Part shown: one piece after another, positions 34,771 through 44,286 of the stretch
Layout: every line of letters starts with the position of its first letter
Position numbering within the stretch: the stretch's first letter is position 1
Assembly (NCBI GenBank): GCA_018238155.1
Contig: JABCTZ010000007.1
Coordinates: forward strand, 130,896 to 194,895
Origin: Candidatus Heimdallarchaeota archaeon
GTDB lineage: Archaea; Asgardarchaeota; Heimdallarchaeia; JABLTI01
DNA: 64,000 nt
Direction: 5' to 3'
The notes under the pieces: model-generated
Database searches by the model: none
What the model was told of the DNA's origin: nothing
What the model saw: only the letters and a program-made list of their open reading frames with translations
Program-made: the position numbers and the translations under genes

Positions 34771-36090
34771 TTGGAGATTAATAAAAATATGAAACAAGAC
34801 ATATCAAAAATACTTAATGATATTGATTATTTACAACTACAATTCACAAATATTGCCGGTCAATTGAAAGTTGTAGAAGTACCTAAGAAATTCGCTGAAA
34901 AATACCTTAAGGAAGGGTTAGGTATAGATGGTTCATCAATCGGGTTCTTGTCTACTGAGAGTAGTGATATGCGTGTTATCCCTGACGTATCAACTTTGCA
35001 TGTTATACCTTGGAATAATCGTATTGCTCGAGTAATTTGTGATATTTATGATACAAATGGACAACCTATCCGAAGTGATCCAAGAAGCATTTTGAAAAGA
35101 GCAATTAATATGGCAAAACTTGAATTTGGTTTTAATATGTTAGCTCGTCCTGAATTGGAATGGTATATAATGGATCAAGATGGGGAACCATGTGATATTG
35201 GTGGATATATGGATGCACCTCCTTTAGATTCTGAAATTGAGTTGCGAAGGATGATGACTGACTTTATGATTGGTTTTGGTATACATCCTAAAATGCTTCA
35301 TCACGAAGTTGGTCCCGGTCAAATGGAAATTGAATTTCCAATGATTGACCCTCTTACTGCAGGGGATATGATACAAACTGTCAAACAAATCGTTAAGATG
35401 GTTTCTTGGAATGCAGGATTAGTTGCCTGTTTCATGCCAAAACCATATACCACTGAAGCTGGAAATGGCTTACATGTTCATCACATGCTCCTCAAAGGAG
35501 AAGATAATTACTTCAATTCTAAAGGAGGTAAACCTTCTGAAACGCTCAAATATTTTGTGGGTGGCTTGTTGAAACATGCACATGGCTTAACAGCGATTTT
35601 CAATCCTACAGTTAATTCATATAAGAGATTAGTTCCTAATCATGAAGCTCCAGTCTATGTAGCTTGGGGGCTTGCAAATAGAACTGCTCTTGTAAGAGTT
35701 CCTGGTTACGAAAAATCTGCTCGAATTGAATTTAGAGGAGCTGATACGTCAGCCAATATCTATCTTGTACTTGCATTATTACTCGTAGCTGGTTTAGATG
35801 GAGTAAAAAATAAGATTAATCCCATAGACGGGACACAATTAAACATAGATCAGCTGACGGATGAAAAACGAAGTGAAATGGGGATATCAAAAACACCGAG
35901 TACTTTGAAAGAAGCATTAGCTGCACTAAATGCTGATAAATATCTCTGTGATTTCTTAGGTCCTCAATTTATTGAAATATTTAATAAAACAAAGAATAAG
36001 GAATGGGGAGAATACGAAAAGAACGTTAAAAATCCCAAAACCGAAGAAGTTACAGAATGGGAATTCAATCAAATGTTTGAAAAAGTATAA
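34771..36090 (+). CDS. glnA: Glutamine synthetase type I family protein
   Basis: DGSSI, HHEVGPGQMEI, FMPKP, GNGLHVH, NRTALVRVP, RIEFR. Confidence 0.9.
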   Translation: MEINKNMKQDISKILNDIDYLQLQFTNIAGQLKVVEVPKKFAEKYLKEGLGIDGSSIGFLSTESSDMRVIPDVSTLHVIPWNNRIARVICDIYDTNGQPIRSDPRSILKRAINMAKLEFGFNMLARPELEWYIMDQDGEPCDIGGYMDAPPLDSEIELRRMMTDFMIGFGIHPKMLHHEVGPGQMEIEFPMIDPLTAGDMIQTVKQIVKMVSWNAGLVACFMPKPYTTEAGNGLHVHHMLLKGEDNYFNSKGGKPSETLKYFVGGLLKHAHGLTAIFNPTVNSYKRLVPNHEAPVYVAWGLANRTALVRVPGYEKSARIEFRGADTSANIYLVLALLLVAGLDGVKNKINPIDGTQLNIDQLTDEKRSEMGISKTPSTLKEALAALNADKYLCDFLGPQFIEIFNKTKNKEWGEYEKNVKNPKTEEVTEWEFNQMFEKV

Positions 36091-36264
36091 ACAGATTCAA
36101 GCATTATTACTAAATCGGAAAAGCATTCTATACAAGGTGAATTCATTCACCTTACCTATTTCTTTTTTCAATTAAACTAAGAAATTTGTTTGTTATTTCA
36201 ATAGATTGTTGATAGCAAAAATTATGAAGTATATAATTATTGTAATTGAAGTACCGAAAGTTAT

Positions 36265-37008
36265 GTGCTTGTGGAACAAATGCAAACAACTATGCTATAT
36301 ATGAAAGATAATTATCTCAAAACCTTTTCAGCAAAAGTTATTGCCGTAGGTGAAGATTATGTTGTTCTAAATCAAACAGCATTTTATCCATTAGGTGGTG
36401 GACAAGAAAGTGATTTAGGAACCCTAACATATAATGAAAATATTTTTTCCATTAAGAGTGTTAGAAGAGATCAAGGTCAAGTTAAACATTTTATAGTTGA
36501 AACAGAGAAATTACTCAAAGTTGGGAACTTGGTTGAATGTTCAATTGATTGGAAAAGACGATTTATTCATATGAGATATCATACAGCTATTCATGTATTA
36601 AGTAGGTATATGCAATTAGAGCATAATGCAGATGTTCTTGGAAATAATATTTCAACAAGAAGCGGTCGAGTAGATTTTGATATAGAAGATGCTCTGACAG
36701 AAGAGCAACTTAAAGATATAGAAGTTGGAGTAAATAAGATAATCGATCAAAATCTTCCTATTGAAATTAATTTTATTCCAAGAGACGAAGCAATTACATT
36801 TCTCAAAAAACATGGCTATCAAACCGATTATATCGATATGATTCCATCATCAGTAAAGATCTTCCGAATAATTTCAGTTGGTGACTATGATTTTGCTTCT
36901 TGTGCAGGCACTCATTTAGCTAATACATCTGAAATTGGTAAGATAAGAATTACAAAAAGGAGAAGCATGGGTAAAGGAAAAGAGCGAATCACTTTAGCAT
37001 TAGACTAA
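36265..37008 (+). CDS. alaX: Free-standing alanyl-tRNA editing protein AlaX
   Basis: TAFYPLGGGQ, MRYHTAIHVL, CAGTH. Confidence 0.9.
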   Translation: MLVEQMQTTMLYMKDNYLKTFSAKVIAVGEDYVVLNQTAFYPLGGGQESDLGTLTYNENIFSIKSVRRDQGQVKHFIVETEKLLKVGNLVECSIDWKRRFIHMRYHTAIHVLSRYMQLEHNADVLGNNISTRSGRVDFDIEDALTEEQLKDIEVGVNKIIDQNLPIEINFIPRDEAITFLKKHGYQTDYIDMIPSSVKIFRIISVGDYDFASCAGTHLANTSEIGKIRITKRRSMGKGKERITLALD

Positions 37009-37097
37009 AGTCAATAGTTTATTTCCAACAGAATTGGTCACAATTTTATCATTGTATCTACAAAGAAACGTAGGAAATAAAGCTATACTCAAGACTT

Positions 37098-37981
37098 TTA
37101 TGTTCTGCTCTTTTCTATCTTACAAATACGAATGAAACTACAACCCCAACAAGAGCTTTTATCTAAAAAGAATTCATTATCAAGTATTTTTTCTAATGAA
37201 TTCGCAAAAATTCTTTCAAATGCTATACTGTTTGCTTCTTTCAAATTGTAGACTTTTCTTATGCCCATTTCATAATAATAACAGCCAACCTCTAGCACAT
37301 CAAAATCATATTCTCCTTCTTCTTTATTCTCTAAGCGATATTCATTGAATAAACTTGCATAAAACAATAATAGAAGATGATCATTAGGTTCAGGAGTTGG
37401 TTTATAATCTATAATCCTAAAACCATTCTTTTTTTCACATAATTCTATACAATCTATCCGCCCTCTTTTCTTTTCAGTAATTAACCGAACTTCATTGTCA
37501 ACTGGATACCAATAACAATCCTCCTTCCCCTTAAGATAGTCCTTCTGTTGTTCGGTCCAGTAAAGTAATTTTACATTGTCCTTGCATACTTCATCTGGCG
37601 GTATTGTTTGAGTGATTACATTTGCATATTTTCTATGAAATGTTTCAAGTTATGATAATCGATACCATCACCCTTCTTCCCTTGGTATCCTCGCATTTTG
37701 TAAGAAGACAATGACCTTCTACTACTCAAGAAATTTTCTTTGTTATATCCCACACAACTCACTTGCACGAATCCTCTATAGGCTTTTAAAATGGTTGGTG
37801 CTCTTCGTTCTCCTTTTACCAGTTTGCTGAGGGAAGTGAATAGTGGATACTTGTTTCCTTCTTGATTTCCAACAATTTTTATCCAATAATCACATTTCTT
37901 GATGAGTGGTTTAGAAGTAACCATTGGTGTTTCTAATCGTCCTAATAATGTTACTTTTTTCTTTAGTTCTGTTGTTGCCAT
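37098..37981 (-). pseudogene. OB-fold-like + Cas4-like PD-(D/E)XK nuclease, split by one frameshift near 37650
   Basis: ORF 37616-37981 ends ...GDGIDYHN. The adjacent frame is open from 37649 to 37098: LETFHRK...RGRIDCIE...RIIDYKP...LLFYASL...CWGCSFIRIC. Confidence 0.65.
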
Positions 37982-38094
37982 GCTTCTCTCACCTGTGTTA
38001 ACTTCGTATTCAAGTTCACTATTCGTTCTTCTTCAATAATGGAAATTCTTCCATCATCATTTTCTTGCCCTAGTTTTCTCTCAAAAGCAACCAA
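37963..38094 (-). pseudogene. C-terminal remnant of an upstream gene overlapping the nuclease start
   Basis: LVAFERKLGQENDDGRISIIEEERIVNLNTKLTQVREAWQQQN*; overlaps the next start in operon fashion. Confidence 0.35.
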
Positions 38095-38171
38095 AGAAAA
38101 AGAAATTCAAAATACGAAAAGGACTAGGTCCTAATTATCCAGAAGAACTGCAAAGACTACTCATTGCTCTA

Positions 38172-38738
38172 ATGTTACACGATTTTATTCATACCAAAAA
38201 ACATCCAAGTAAGATTTACCAACAAATAAACATTGAGGATAAAGAGATTAGAGAAGCTTGTAATAACCACCACAATGGAGAGGAAAGTATAAATGCTCTT
38301 TTACCGATTGTAAAACACTATGATAGACTTGCATCTTCTATCAGTCGGAAGAAGCGATTCAAAAGCACAAGTCGATATGATTGGGAAAATGGAGAAATAG
38401 ATTTCAAACTTCTGAAACAAGAACTTGAGCAAGTTCAACACTCTCCTTATCAGTTATACAGTTACATCTATCAGTCAAAAAAATTAGGAAGAATAGTCGA
38501 GGCAATGGATTATGGAAATAATAGTTTAAAGAAACACCTTTTATTGATGGTAAATTTAGCAATAAATGATTTTTATGACGAAAAATTAAAAATAAGTGAT
38601 GACACTATCTCATTATCGGCAAGTGACCAAGACGCACTCGTCACTGCTACGGATGCTGAGATGCATGCTTTTCTGACCATGAGCAATGCTAATTCTGAGA
38701 GGGCAACCACCTCGAAGAAGAGAAGGCTCGGAACATAG
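38172..38738 (+). CDS. HD-domain protein resembling the Cas10/Csm1 N-terminus, probably 5'-truncated (frame open from 38040)
   Basis: LLIALMLHD ... NHHN ... YDRLASSISR ... SLKKHLLLMVNLA. Confidence 0.55.
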   Translation: MLHDFIHTKKHPSKIYQQINIEDKEIREACNNHHNGEESINALLPIVKHYDRLASSISRKKRFKSTSRYDWENGEIDFKLLKQELEQVQHSPYQLYSYIYQSKKLGRIVEAMDYGNNSLKKHLLLMVNLAINDFYDEKLKISDDTISLSASDQDALVTATDAEMHAFLTMSNANSERATTSKKRRLGT

Positions 38739-38782
38739 GTAGAGAAAGTCAAATTAGAGAAAAATTTGAAGGTTACTAACAA

Positions 38783-39964
38783 ATGTCCAAATCTCTTCAA
38801 GTCATTGATGAACAACCTATAATTAATTTAGCAAAACGACTAATAAAAAGTGAAAGTCCAAGTGGCAATGAGAAGAAACTAGCAACTTTAATGGCAATCG
38901 AGATGAAGAAGGCTGGTTTTAATAAAGTTCAATATGATGAGAACACAAATGATATTGTTGGTGTGATGTTGGGCTTAGGGAAAGGTAAATCCCTTGTTTT
39001 AGCTGGTTATATTGATACTGTCCCACCTGGTTCAATGCCTGAACCATTTCTTGCAAAAGAAATGGATGGTTCAAAGTTGGGTACAAAGGGAAAGGTGCTT
39101 TATGGTCGTGGTGCATGTGATATGAAAGCTGGACTTGCAGCTATGATTAGTACAGGAGCTGCATTGAAAAGATCAAGAGCACGATTGAAAGGAGATTTTA
39201 CCATAGTTGGATTAGCCAATTCAAAAACAGGTAATTCTACCAGCATAAAAAAACTAATTCAGAAATTTGAACTCAATCCTGATTATCTTGTATCCTGTGC
39301 TCCAACAAATTTAGATATAAATATTGCTCATCCTGGTCAAGCCACTTATAGTGTAATAACTAAAGGAAAAATGTCCAATATTGGCTATCCTTCAAATGGC
39401 GATAATGCAATTCTTAAAATGAATAAGGTTATTGAATGTTTAATAAATGATTCAGTATTGCCTGAAGATAAGCGCTTTGGAAAAGCGAATATGATTCTAA
39501 GTTCTATTTCTTCTCTTCCATTAGGTGAATCTCATTCAGTACCTTGTTTATGTCAGTCTTTATTAGTTAGACAGATTTTCAAAGGAGAAAATCCTGAGAA
39601 AATTAAGAGTGATTTTATGAACATCTTAAAGAAAAATAACTTCAAAGAAGATGAAATTAGAATTAGTATGACAAGATACTTTAAAGCTCTAGAAACCGCA
39701 TCAGATGTAGAAATCATATCGATTCTTCAAGATGCAAGAAACCTTGCATTAGGCAAGCCTGCAAAAATTGGTCAATGGACAAGTGGTGTTAACATTTCGG
39801 AAATGTTTGATATCGATAAACCATTAGTGGGTTTTGGTCCTGGAGATGAGAAATACGCTCATTCACCTTTTGAGCATGTACCTGTTGATCAAATTATCAA
39901 AGCAACAAAAGTTTATTCAGTTTTAGCAGAAAAAATTTGTGTACAGATGAAGGATAAAAGTTAG
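38783..39964 (+). CDS. M20/ArgE-family (YgeY-like) metallo-hydrolase with degenerate metal ligands
   Basis: SPSGNE, GYIDTVP, YGRGACDMK, GFGPG...AHSPFE. Confidence 0.8.
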   Translation: MSKSLQVIDEQPIINLAKRLIKSESPSGNEKKLATLMAIEMKKAGFNKVQYDENTNDIVGVMLGLGKGKSLVLAGYIDTVPPGSMPEPFLAKEMDGSKLGTKGKVLYGRGACDMKAGLAAMISTGAALKRSRARLKGDFTIVGLANSKTGNSTSIKKLIQKFELNPDYLVSCAPTNLDINIAHPGQATYSVITKGKMSNIGYPSNGDNAILKMNKVIECLINDSVLPEDKRFGKANMILSSISSLPLGESHSVPCLCQSLLVRQIFKGENPEKIKSDFMNILKKNNFKEDEIRISMTRYFKALETASDVEIISILQDARNLALGKPAKIGQWTSGVNISEMFDIDKPLVGFGPGDEKYAHSPFEHVPVDQIIKATKVYSVLAEKICVQMKDKS

Positions 39965-40035
39965 TGATGGGTATTGATTTTCATCAATACCAATTAATTT
40001 ATTTTTAGCAGGTACAAGGAAATCAACGAGCGACC

Positions 40036-40875
40036 ATGATAGATATTCACAAAGTAAGTTTTCAATATCTGAGTTCTTCAACAAATATCCTCGATAACAT
40101 CTCATTGAAGATAGAGAAAGGTGAATTTGTAGGTATCATTGGTCCTACCGGTTGTGGGAAAAGTACTCTTTGTTATATGTTAAATGGTCTAATACCTCAT
40201 TCAATTAAAGGTTATTTTTCAGGTACAGTATCAGTTTCAGGGAAAAAATTAGTTAATGAGTCTGTTGAAGAAATGAGTGCGATAGTTGGTTACATGCTGC
40301 AGGAACCTAGCTTCCAAATAGCTACTCCAAATGTCACTTCTGAAATTGCTTTTGGAATGGAAAATCTTGGTATTTCAAGAGAAGAAATACTAAATCGATT
40401 AGACAGAGTATTAGAAACTTTGAGTATCAATTACATTAGAAATAGAGCTACTGCTGATTTAAGTGAGGGAGAAAAACAAAGAGTTATTTTGGCATCAATC
40501 TTAGCTATGAATCCTCAAATTTTAGTGTTAGACGAATGTTCTAGTATGCTAGATTTACCAAGTAAGTTAAATTTGGCAACTACATTGAAGCAACTCAATA
40601 AGAATGAACAAAAAACGATTGTTATGATTGAACATGATTTGGATTATTTGCTTGAGTTGGCAGATCGAATAATTCTAATTAATAATGGTCAAATTATAGC
40701 TGATGGTCCTACGGCAAAGATTCTAACTGATATCGAATTACTTAGAGCTAATGATTTAGTTCCACCAACTGTTGTTAGTCTTTTTCAGGAAATTCAGAAA
40801 GAATCTAAGATCGCAGTAGAAATTCCTTCATCGCATTCTCAAGCAACAGAAATATTGAGGAGAATGCTAAAATGA
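40036..40875 (+). CDS. ECF transporter ATPase (EcfA-type)
   Basis: GPTGCGKST, EIAFGMENLG, LSEGEKQR, VLDE. Confidence 0.88.
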   Translation: MIDIHKVSFQYLSSSTNILDNISLKIEKGEFVGIIGPTGCGKSTLCYMLNGLIPHSIKGYFSGTVSVSGKKLVNESVEEMSAIVGYMLQEPSFQIATPNVTSEIAFGMENLGISREEILNRLDRVLETLSINYIRNRATADLSEGEKQRVILASILAMNPQILVLDECSSMLDLPSKLNLATTLKQLNKNEQKTIVMIEHDLDYLLELADRIILINNGQIIADGPTAKILTDIELLRANDLVPPTVVSLFQEIQKESKIAVEIPSSHSQATEILRRMLK

Positions 40876-41699
40876 CTTCTATTGAATTAAATGATGTTAG
40901 TTTTAGCCATATTGCCGGTAAGAAAGGAATTTTCTCTAATCTCTCTCTAAAATTACATCCTTCTGAACAAGTTGCTATTGTTGGTCGAAATGGTTCTGGT
41001 AAAACGACTTTAGCTAAGCTTATTCTCGGAATGTTAAAACCTAGTACAGGTCAAATTAGTTTTGATGGGAAATTAATCGAGAAGAAATCAATCGCAGAAA
41101 TAGCTGAAAAAGTGGGTTTTGTTTTTCAGAATCCTAATATCATGCTTTTTACTAATTCTGTGAAAAATGAGCTTTTACTAAGTCTACAGAGGTTCAACTT
41201 TTCAAAAAATGAAAAGAACGAGAAAATAAATTCAATGTTGGATTTCTTTGGTATGACGAAATATCGGAAAATACATCCTCGATTGCTAAGTCGAGGAGAA
41301 AAACAGAAGCTAGCTTTAGCGACAGTATTGATTCAAGAACCTGATGCCATCATTTTGGATGAACCATTTTCAGGTATTGATATGGCACAAAAAATCATCA
41401 TACGAAAATACATTGGAAAATTAAAAGAACAAAAGAAGCTAGTTATTATCATTACACATGATCTCGATTCAGCTCTCGAAGAAAGTAATAGAATCATTGC
41501 TTTATCCTCTGGAAAAATTGTTTTTGATGGAAAGAAAACTGATTTCTTTAAAGATTCAACAAATCTTCGTAAAGCAGAACTGATTGAAACTTGTATGCTT
41601 AACATGCTTTACTCTTTACACGAAGACGGCTTACCTGAGACAATTTTAGAGAGAAAAGAAGTAATTAGTTATTTTAGTAAAAGAATCAATGATACTTAG
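40872..41699 (+). CDS. ECF transporter ATPase (EcfA'-type)
   Basis: GRNGSGKTT, VFQNP, LSRGEKQK, LDEP, ITHD. Confidence 0.88.
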   Translation: MTSIELNDVSFSHIAGKKGIFSNLSLKLHPSEQVAIVGRNGSGKTTLAKLILGMLKPSTGQISFDGKLIEKKSIAEIAEKVGFVFQNPNIMLFTNSVKNELLLSLQRFNFSKNEKNEKINSMLDFFGMTKYRKIHPRLLSRGEKQKLALATVLIQEPDAIILDEPFSGIDMAQKIIIRKYIGKLKEQKKLVIIITHDLDSALEESNRIIALSSGKIVFDGKKTDFFKDSTNLRKAELIETCMLNMLYSLHEDGLPETILERKEVISYFSKRINDT

Positions 41700-42204
41700 C
41701 AATTAGTTCTGTAGCATCAATTGCATTCTTCTCTATTAAATCAACAAGTTCCTTTATGTTTGTTAACCCATTAACAACATTGATTCCTTTGAATTCCTTA
41801 ATTTCCGAAGAAATAATTCCTGATATGACAAAAACAGTTTCTTCACATTTTTCATCCAAATCAGTTAGATTTTTCGCGCACAGAATTTTTGGCACTAATT
41901 TTTCCTCAGAAAATCCTTCTAATACAAGAAAGTCACTATTAAAATGCGGAAGAAGTTCTTTTACATTTAGTGCTTTTTTGTATATAATAGCTGTTTCATT
42001 ATCACCTCTTACCGCAGTAATTGATGCTCCAGCTTCACAATGCCTCCATGAATCCTTTCCTTCAGTATCAATGGTGAAATTTGCTATATGAACGTGTTTT
42101 ACACTATTAACATTATAGCCTCTCGTAACCAATTCTTTGATGATTTCAATTAACGTGGTAGTTTTTCCTGAATTGGTGTAACCAATAATAGTAAAGATCT
42201 TCAT
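41686..42204 (-). CDS. mobB: Molybdopterin-guanine dinucleotide biosynthesis protein B
   Basis: GYTNSGKTT, VKH, IDTEGKDSWRH, VLEGF. Confidence 0.9.
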   Translation of the reverse strand: MKIFTIIGYTNSGKTTTLIEIIKELVTRGYNVNSVKHVHIANFTIDTEGKDSWRHCEAGASITAVRGDNETAIIYKKALNVKELLPHFNSDFLVLEGFSEEKLVPKILCAKNLTDLDEKCEETVFVISGIISSEIKEFKGINVVNGLTNIKELVDLIEKNAIDATELIAKYH

Positions 42205-42381
42205 GATGCATTCGTAAATAATTGTCTACTTAAAATTTTAGATTAATATTTGCTATTAGGAAGATGATTCATATAGATTAACTTTTTGTCGGTTAATTTT
42301 ATAAACCTCAAGAACTATTTTATTTGTACAATCACAATTGAATTGTACCTATCTTCGATAATTCACTTGAGGTGGATTATT

Positions 42382-42783
42382 ATGACATATGATGAAAGAC
42401 AAATTCAACAGCTACTAAAGAATTTGAAAGATAGGGATGGATGGATTCGTTCAAATGCCGCCTCCCGACTAGGAGAACTCCATGTAAAAGAAGCTGTAAA
42501 AGAACTAACAAAGCTTCTGAAAGTAGATAGAGATTCACTAGTTCGTTCATCTGCTGCATCTGCTCTTGGTAATTTAGGTGTAGAAGCAAAGGAAGCAGTT
42601 GAAGTTTTAATTGAAACGATGAAAACTGATCAAATTGTAGGTGTCCGATTAGAAGCAGCTGTAGCTCTGGGAAATATCGGTAATAATGAAGCAATACCGG
42701 AATTAACTCAACTAGCATTAGACGATGAGGATATCCGAGTTCGATCTTGGGCTGCAGATGCAATCCGAAAGATTAAGCAATAA
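42382..42783 (+). CDS. HEAT (PBS lyase-type) repeat protein
   Basis: Repeats IRSNAASRLGEL, VRSSAASALGNL, VRLEAAVALGNI; SD GAGGTGG before ATG 42382. Confidence 0.85.
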   Translation: MTYDERQIQQLLKNLKDRDGWIRSNAASRLGELHVKEAVKELTKLLKVDRDSLVRSSAASALGNLGVEAKEAVEVLIETMKTDQIVGVRLEAAVALGNIGNNEAIPELTQLALDDEDIRVRSWAADAIRKIKQ

Positions 42784-42972
42784 TTTGGTTATGAATAAAC
42801 ATCCCCCTAAACTAGCAAATACAACAAATTGATTCTTCTGATACATTACATGGTTGTGTAATTAATTAAAGGTCAAAACAATTATTTTGTATAAAGGAAA
42901 AAATCCTTTTAAAGACTGAAAAGAAGTTTGAAATTATATACAAAAAATAACCTTTATTTGAGTTGAATTGTT

Positions 42973-44286
42973 ATGGTTGATCTTTCAAAGACCTTTATCA
43001 AAGATGCTAAGAAATTGACTGATGGTACCAAAGTTGCGATTGGTGGATGGGCAGAACACCTTATCCATAAAGGAAAAATCTGTTTTCTAACAGTAAGAGA
43101 TTCCACAGGGCGCATTCAAGTTACTGGAATTAAAACAAAATTGCCAGAAGAACTTTGGGAAAAATTGCTTGCGCTAAAAAATGAGACTATTATTAGAATT
43201 GAAGGTCTTGTAAAGAAAAATGACAAAGCACCTGGTGGATTGGAAGTTATTCCAGAAAAGCTAGATATCCTCAATCCTGTGTTTGGACCAATACCTATTG
43301 ATGTCACTGGTAGAACACCAATGGATGAAGGAACAATATATGCACAAAGAGAATTAACTATACGTATGCCTCTCAACAAGGCACCTTTAGAAGTAAAAAG
43401 TTTTGTCGCACATGCAACAAGAGAATTTTTTATTAAACGAGGGTTTACAGAAATCTTTACTCCACTAATAGTTGCAACAGCAACAGAAGGTGGCGCATCA
43501 CTCTTTCCAATAAAATACTTTGAAGAAGATGCTTATTTAGCTCAAAGTGGGCAATTTTACAAACAAGCTGCAATTACTGCCCATGAAAAAGTGTTTGGAA
43601 TAATACCTTCATTTAGAATGGAAAAATCGAGAACACGGAAACACGTTTCAGAATTCTGGCAAATAGAAGTTGAGGCTGCTTTTGAAGATCATATTAGTAT
43701 CATGCAAGTATTAGATGATATGATGGTCTATGTGGTAAACCAAACAATTAAAACAGCAAAAGAACCATTAGCTGTGTTAGGGGTAAAACCTAAAAAATTG
43801 AAAGGCGGATTTCCAAGAATTAGTTTCAAAGATGCAAAAGAGCTGTGTACCAGTTTTGAACTTGAAGTTTCCGTTGATATGAATGATGACTTTACCACCC
43901 CTGAAGAAACAGCTTTGTCAAATCATTTCAAAACACCATTCTTTATTACGGAATGGCCAACTCATACTCGAGGTATTTATTATCGTGTAAATGATGATGA
44001 CCCAAATATTTCAAATAGTTTTGATTTAGTTGCTCCTGGAGGGTTTGCTGAACTTTGTACAGGTGGGCAACGTGTCCATGAATATGATAAAATGATTGAA
44101 GCGATTAAAAAACAAGGCTTTGGAGTAGATTCATATAAATGGTACCTTAATTTATTCAAATATGGAATTCCTCCTCATGCAGGCTATGGAGTGGGAATTG
44201 AGCGGTTAACTTGGTGGATTTGTGGAAATCACAATGTAAAACAAGCAATTATGTTCCCAAGAAATGTAGATATTCTCAGACCATAG
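42973..44286 (+). CDS. Archaeal-type class IIb Asp/Asn-tRNA synthetase
   Basis: OB anticodon domain, TEGGASLF, FRMEKSRTRKH, PPHAGYGVGIERL. Confidence 0.9.
   Translation: MVDLSKTFIKDAKKLTDGTKVAIGGWAEHLIHKGKICFLTVRDSTGRIQVTGIKTKLPEELWEKLLALKNETIIRIEGLVKKNDKAPGGLEVIPEKLDILNPVFGPIPIDVTGRTPMDEGTIYAQRELTIRMPLNKAPLEVKSFVAHATREFFIKRGFTEIFTPLIVATATEGGASLFPIKYFEEDAYLAQSGQFYKQAAITAHEKVFGIIPSFRMEKSRTRKHVSEFWQIEVEAAFEDHISIMQVLDDMMVYVVNQTIKTAKEPLAVLGVKPKKLKGGFPRISFKDAKELCTSFELEVSVDMNDDFTTPEETALSNHFKTPFFITEWPTHTRGIYYRVNDDDPNISNSFDLVAPGGFAELCTGGQRVHEYDKMIEAIKKQGFGVDSYKWYLNLFKYGIPPHAGYGVGIERLTWWICGNHNVKQAIMFPRNVDILRP

Larger units (their letters stand above)
37006..38770. mobile_element. Degenerate mobile-element-like island between alaX and the M20 gene
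   Basis: A frameshifted nuclease, two head-to-head 5'-truncated ORFs, a locally GC-richer segment, and an imperfect inverted repeat at the left edge (37006-37098). Confidence 0.45.

Noticed and set aside
36900-38900. CRISPR array or complete CRISPR-Cas locus near the Cas4-like and HD genes
   Set aside because: No regularly spaced direct repeats and no cas1/2/5/6/7-like ORFs were seen.
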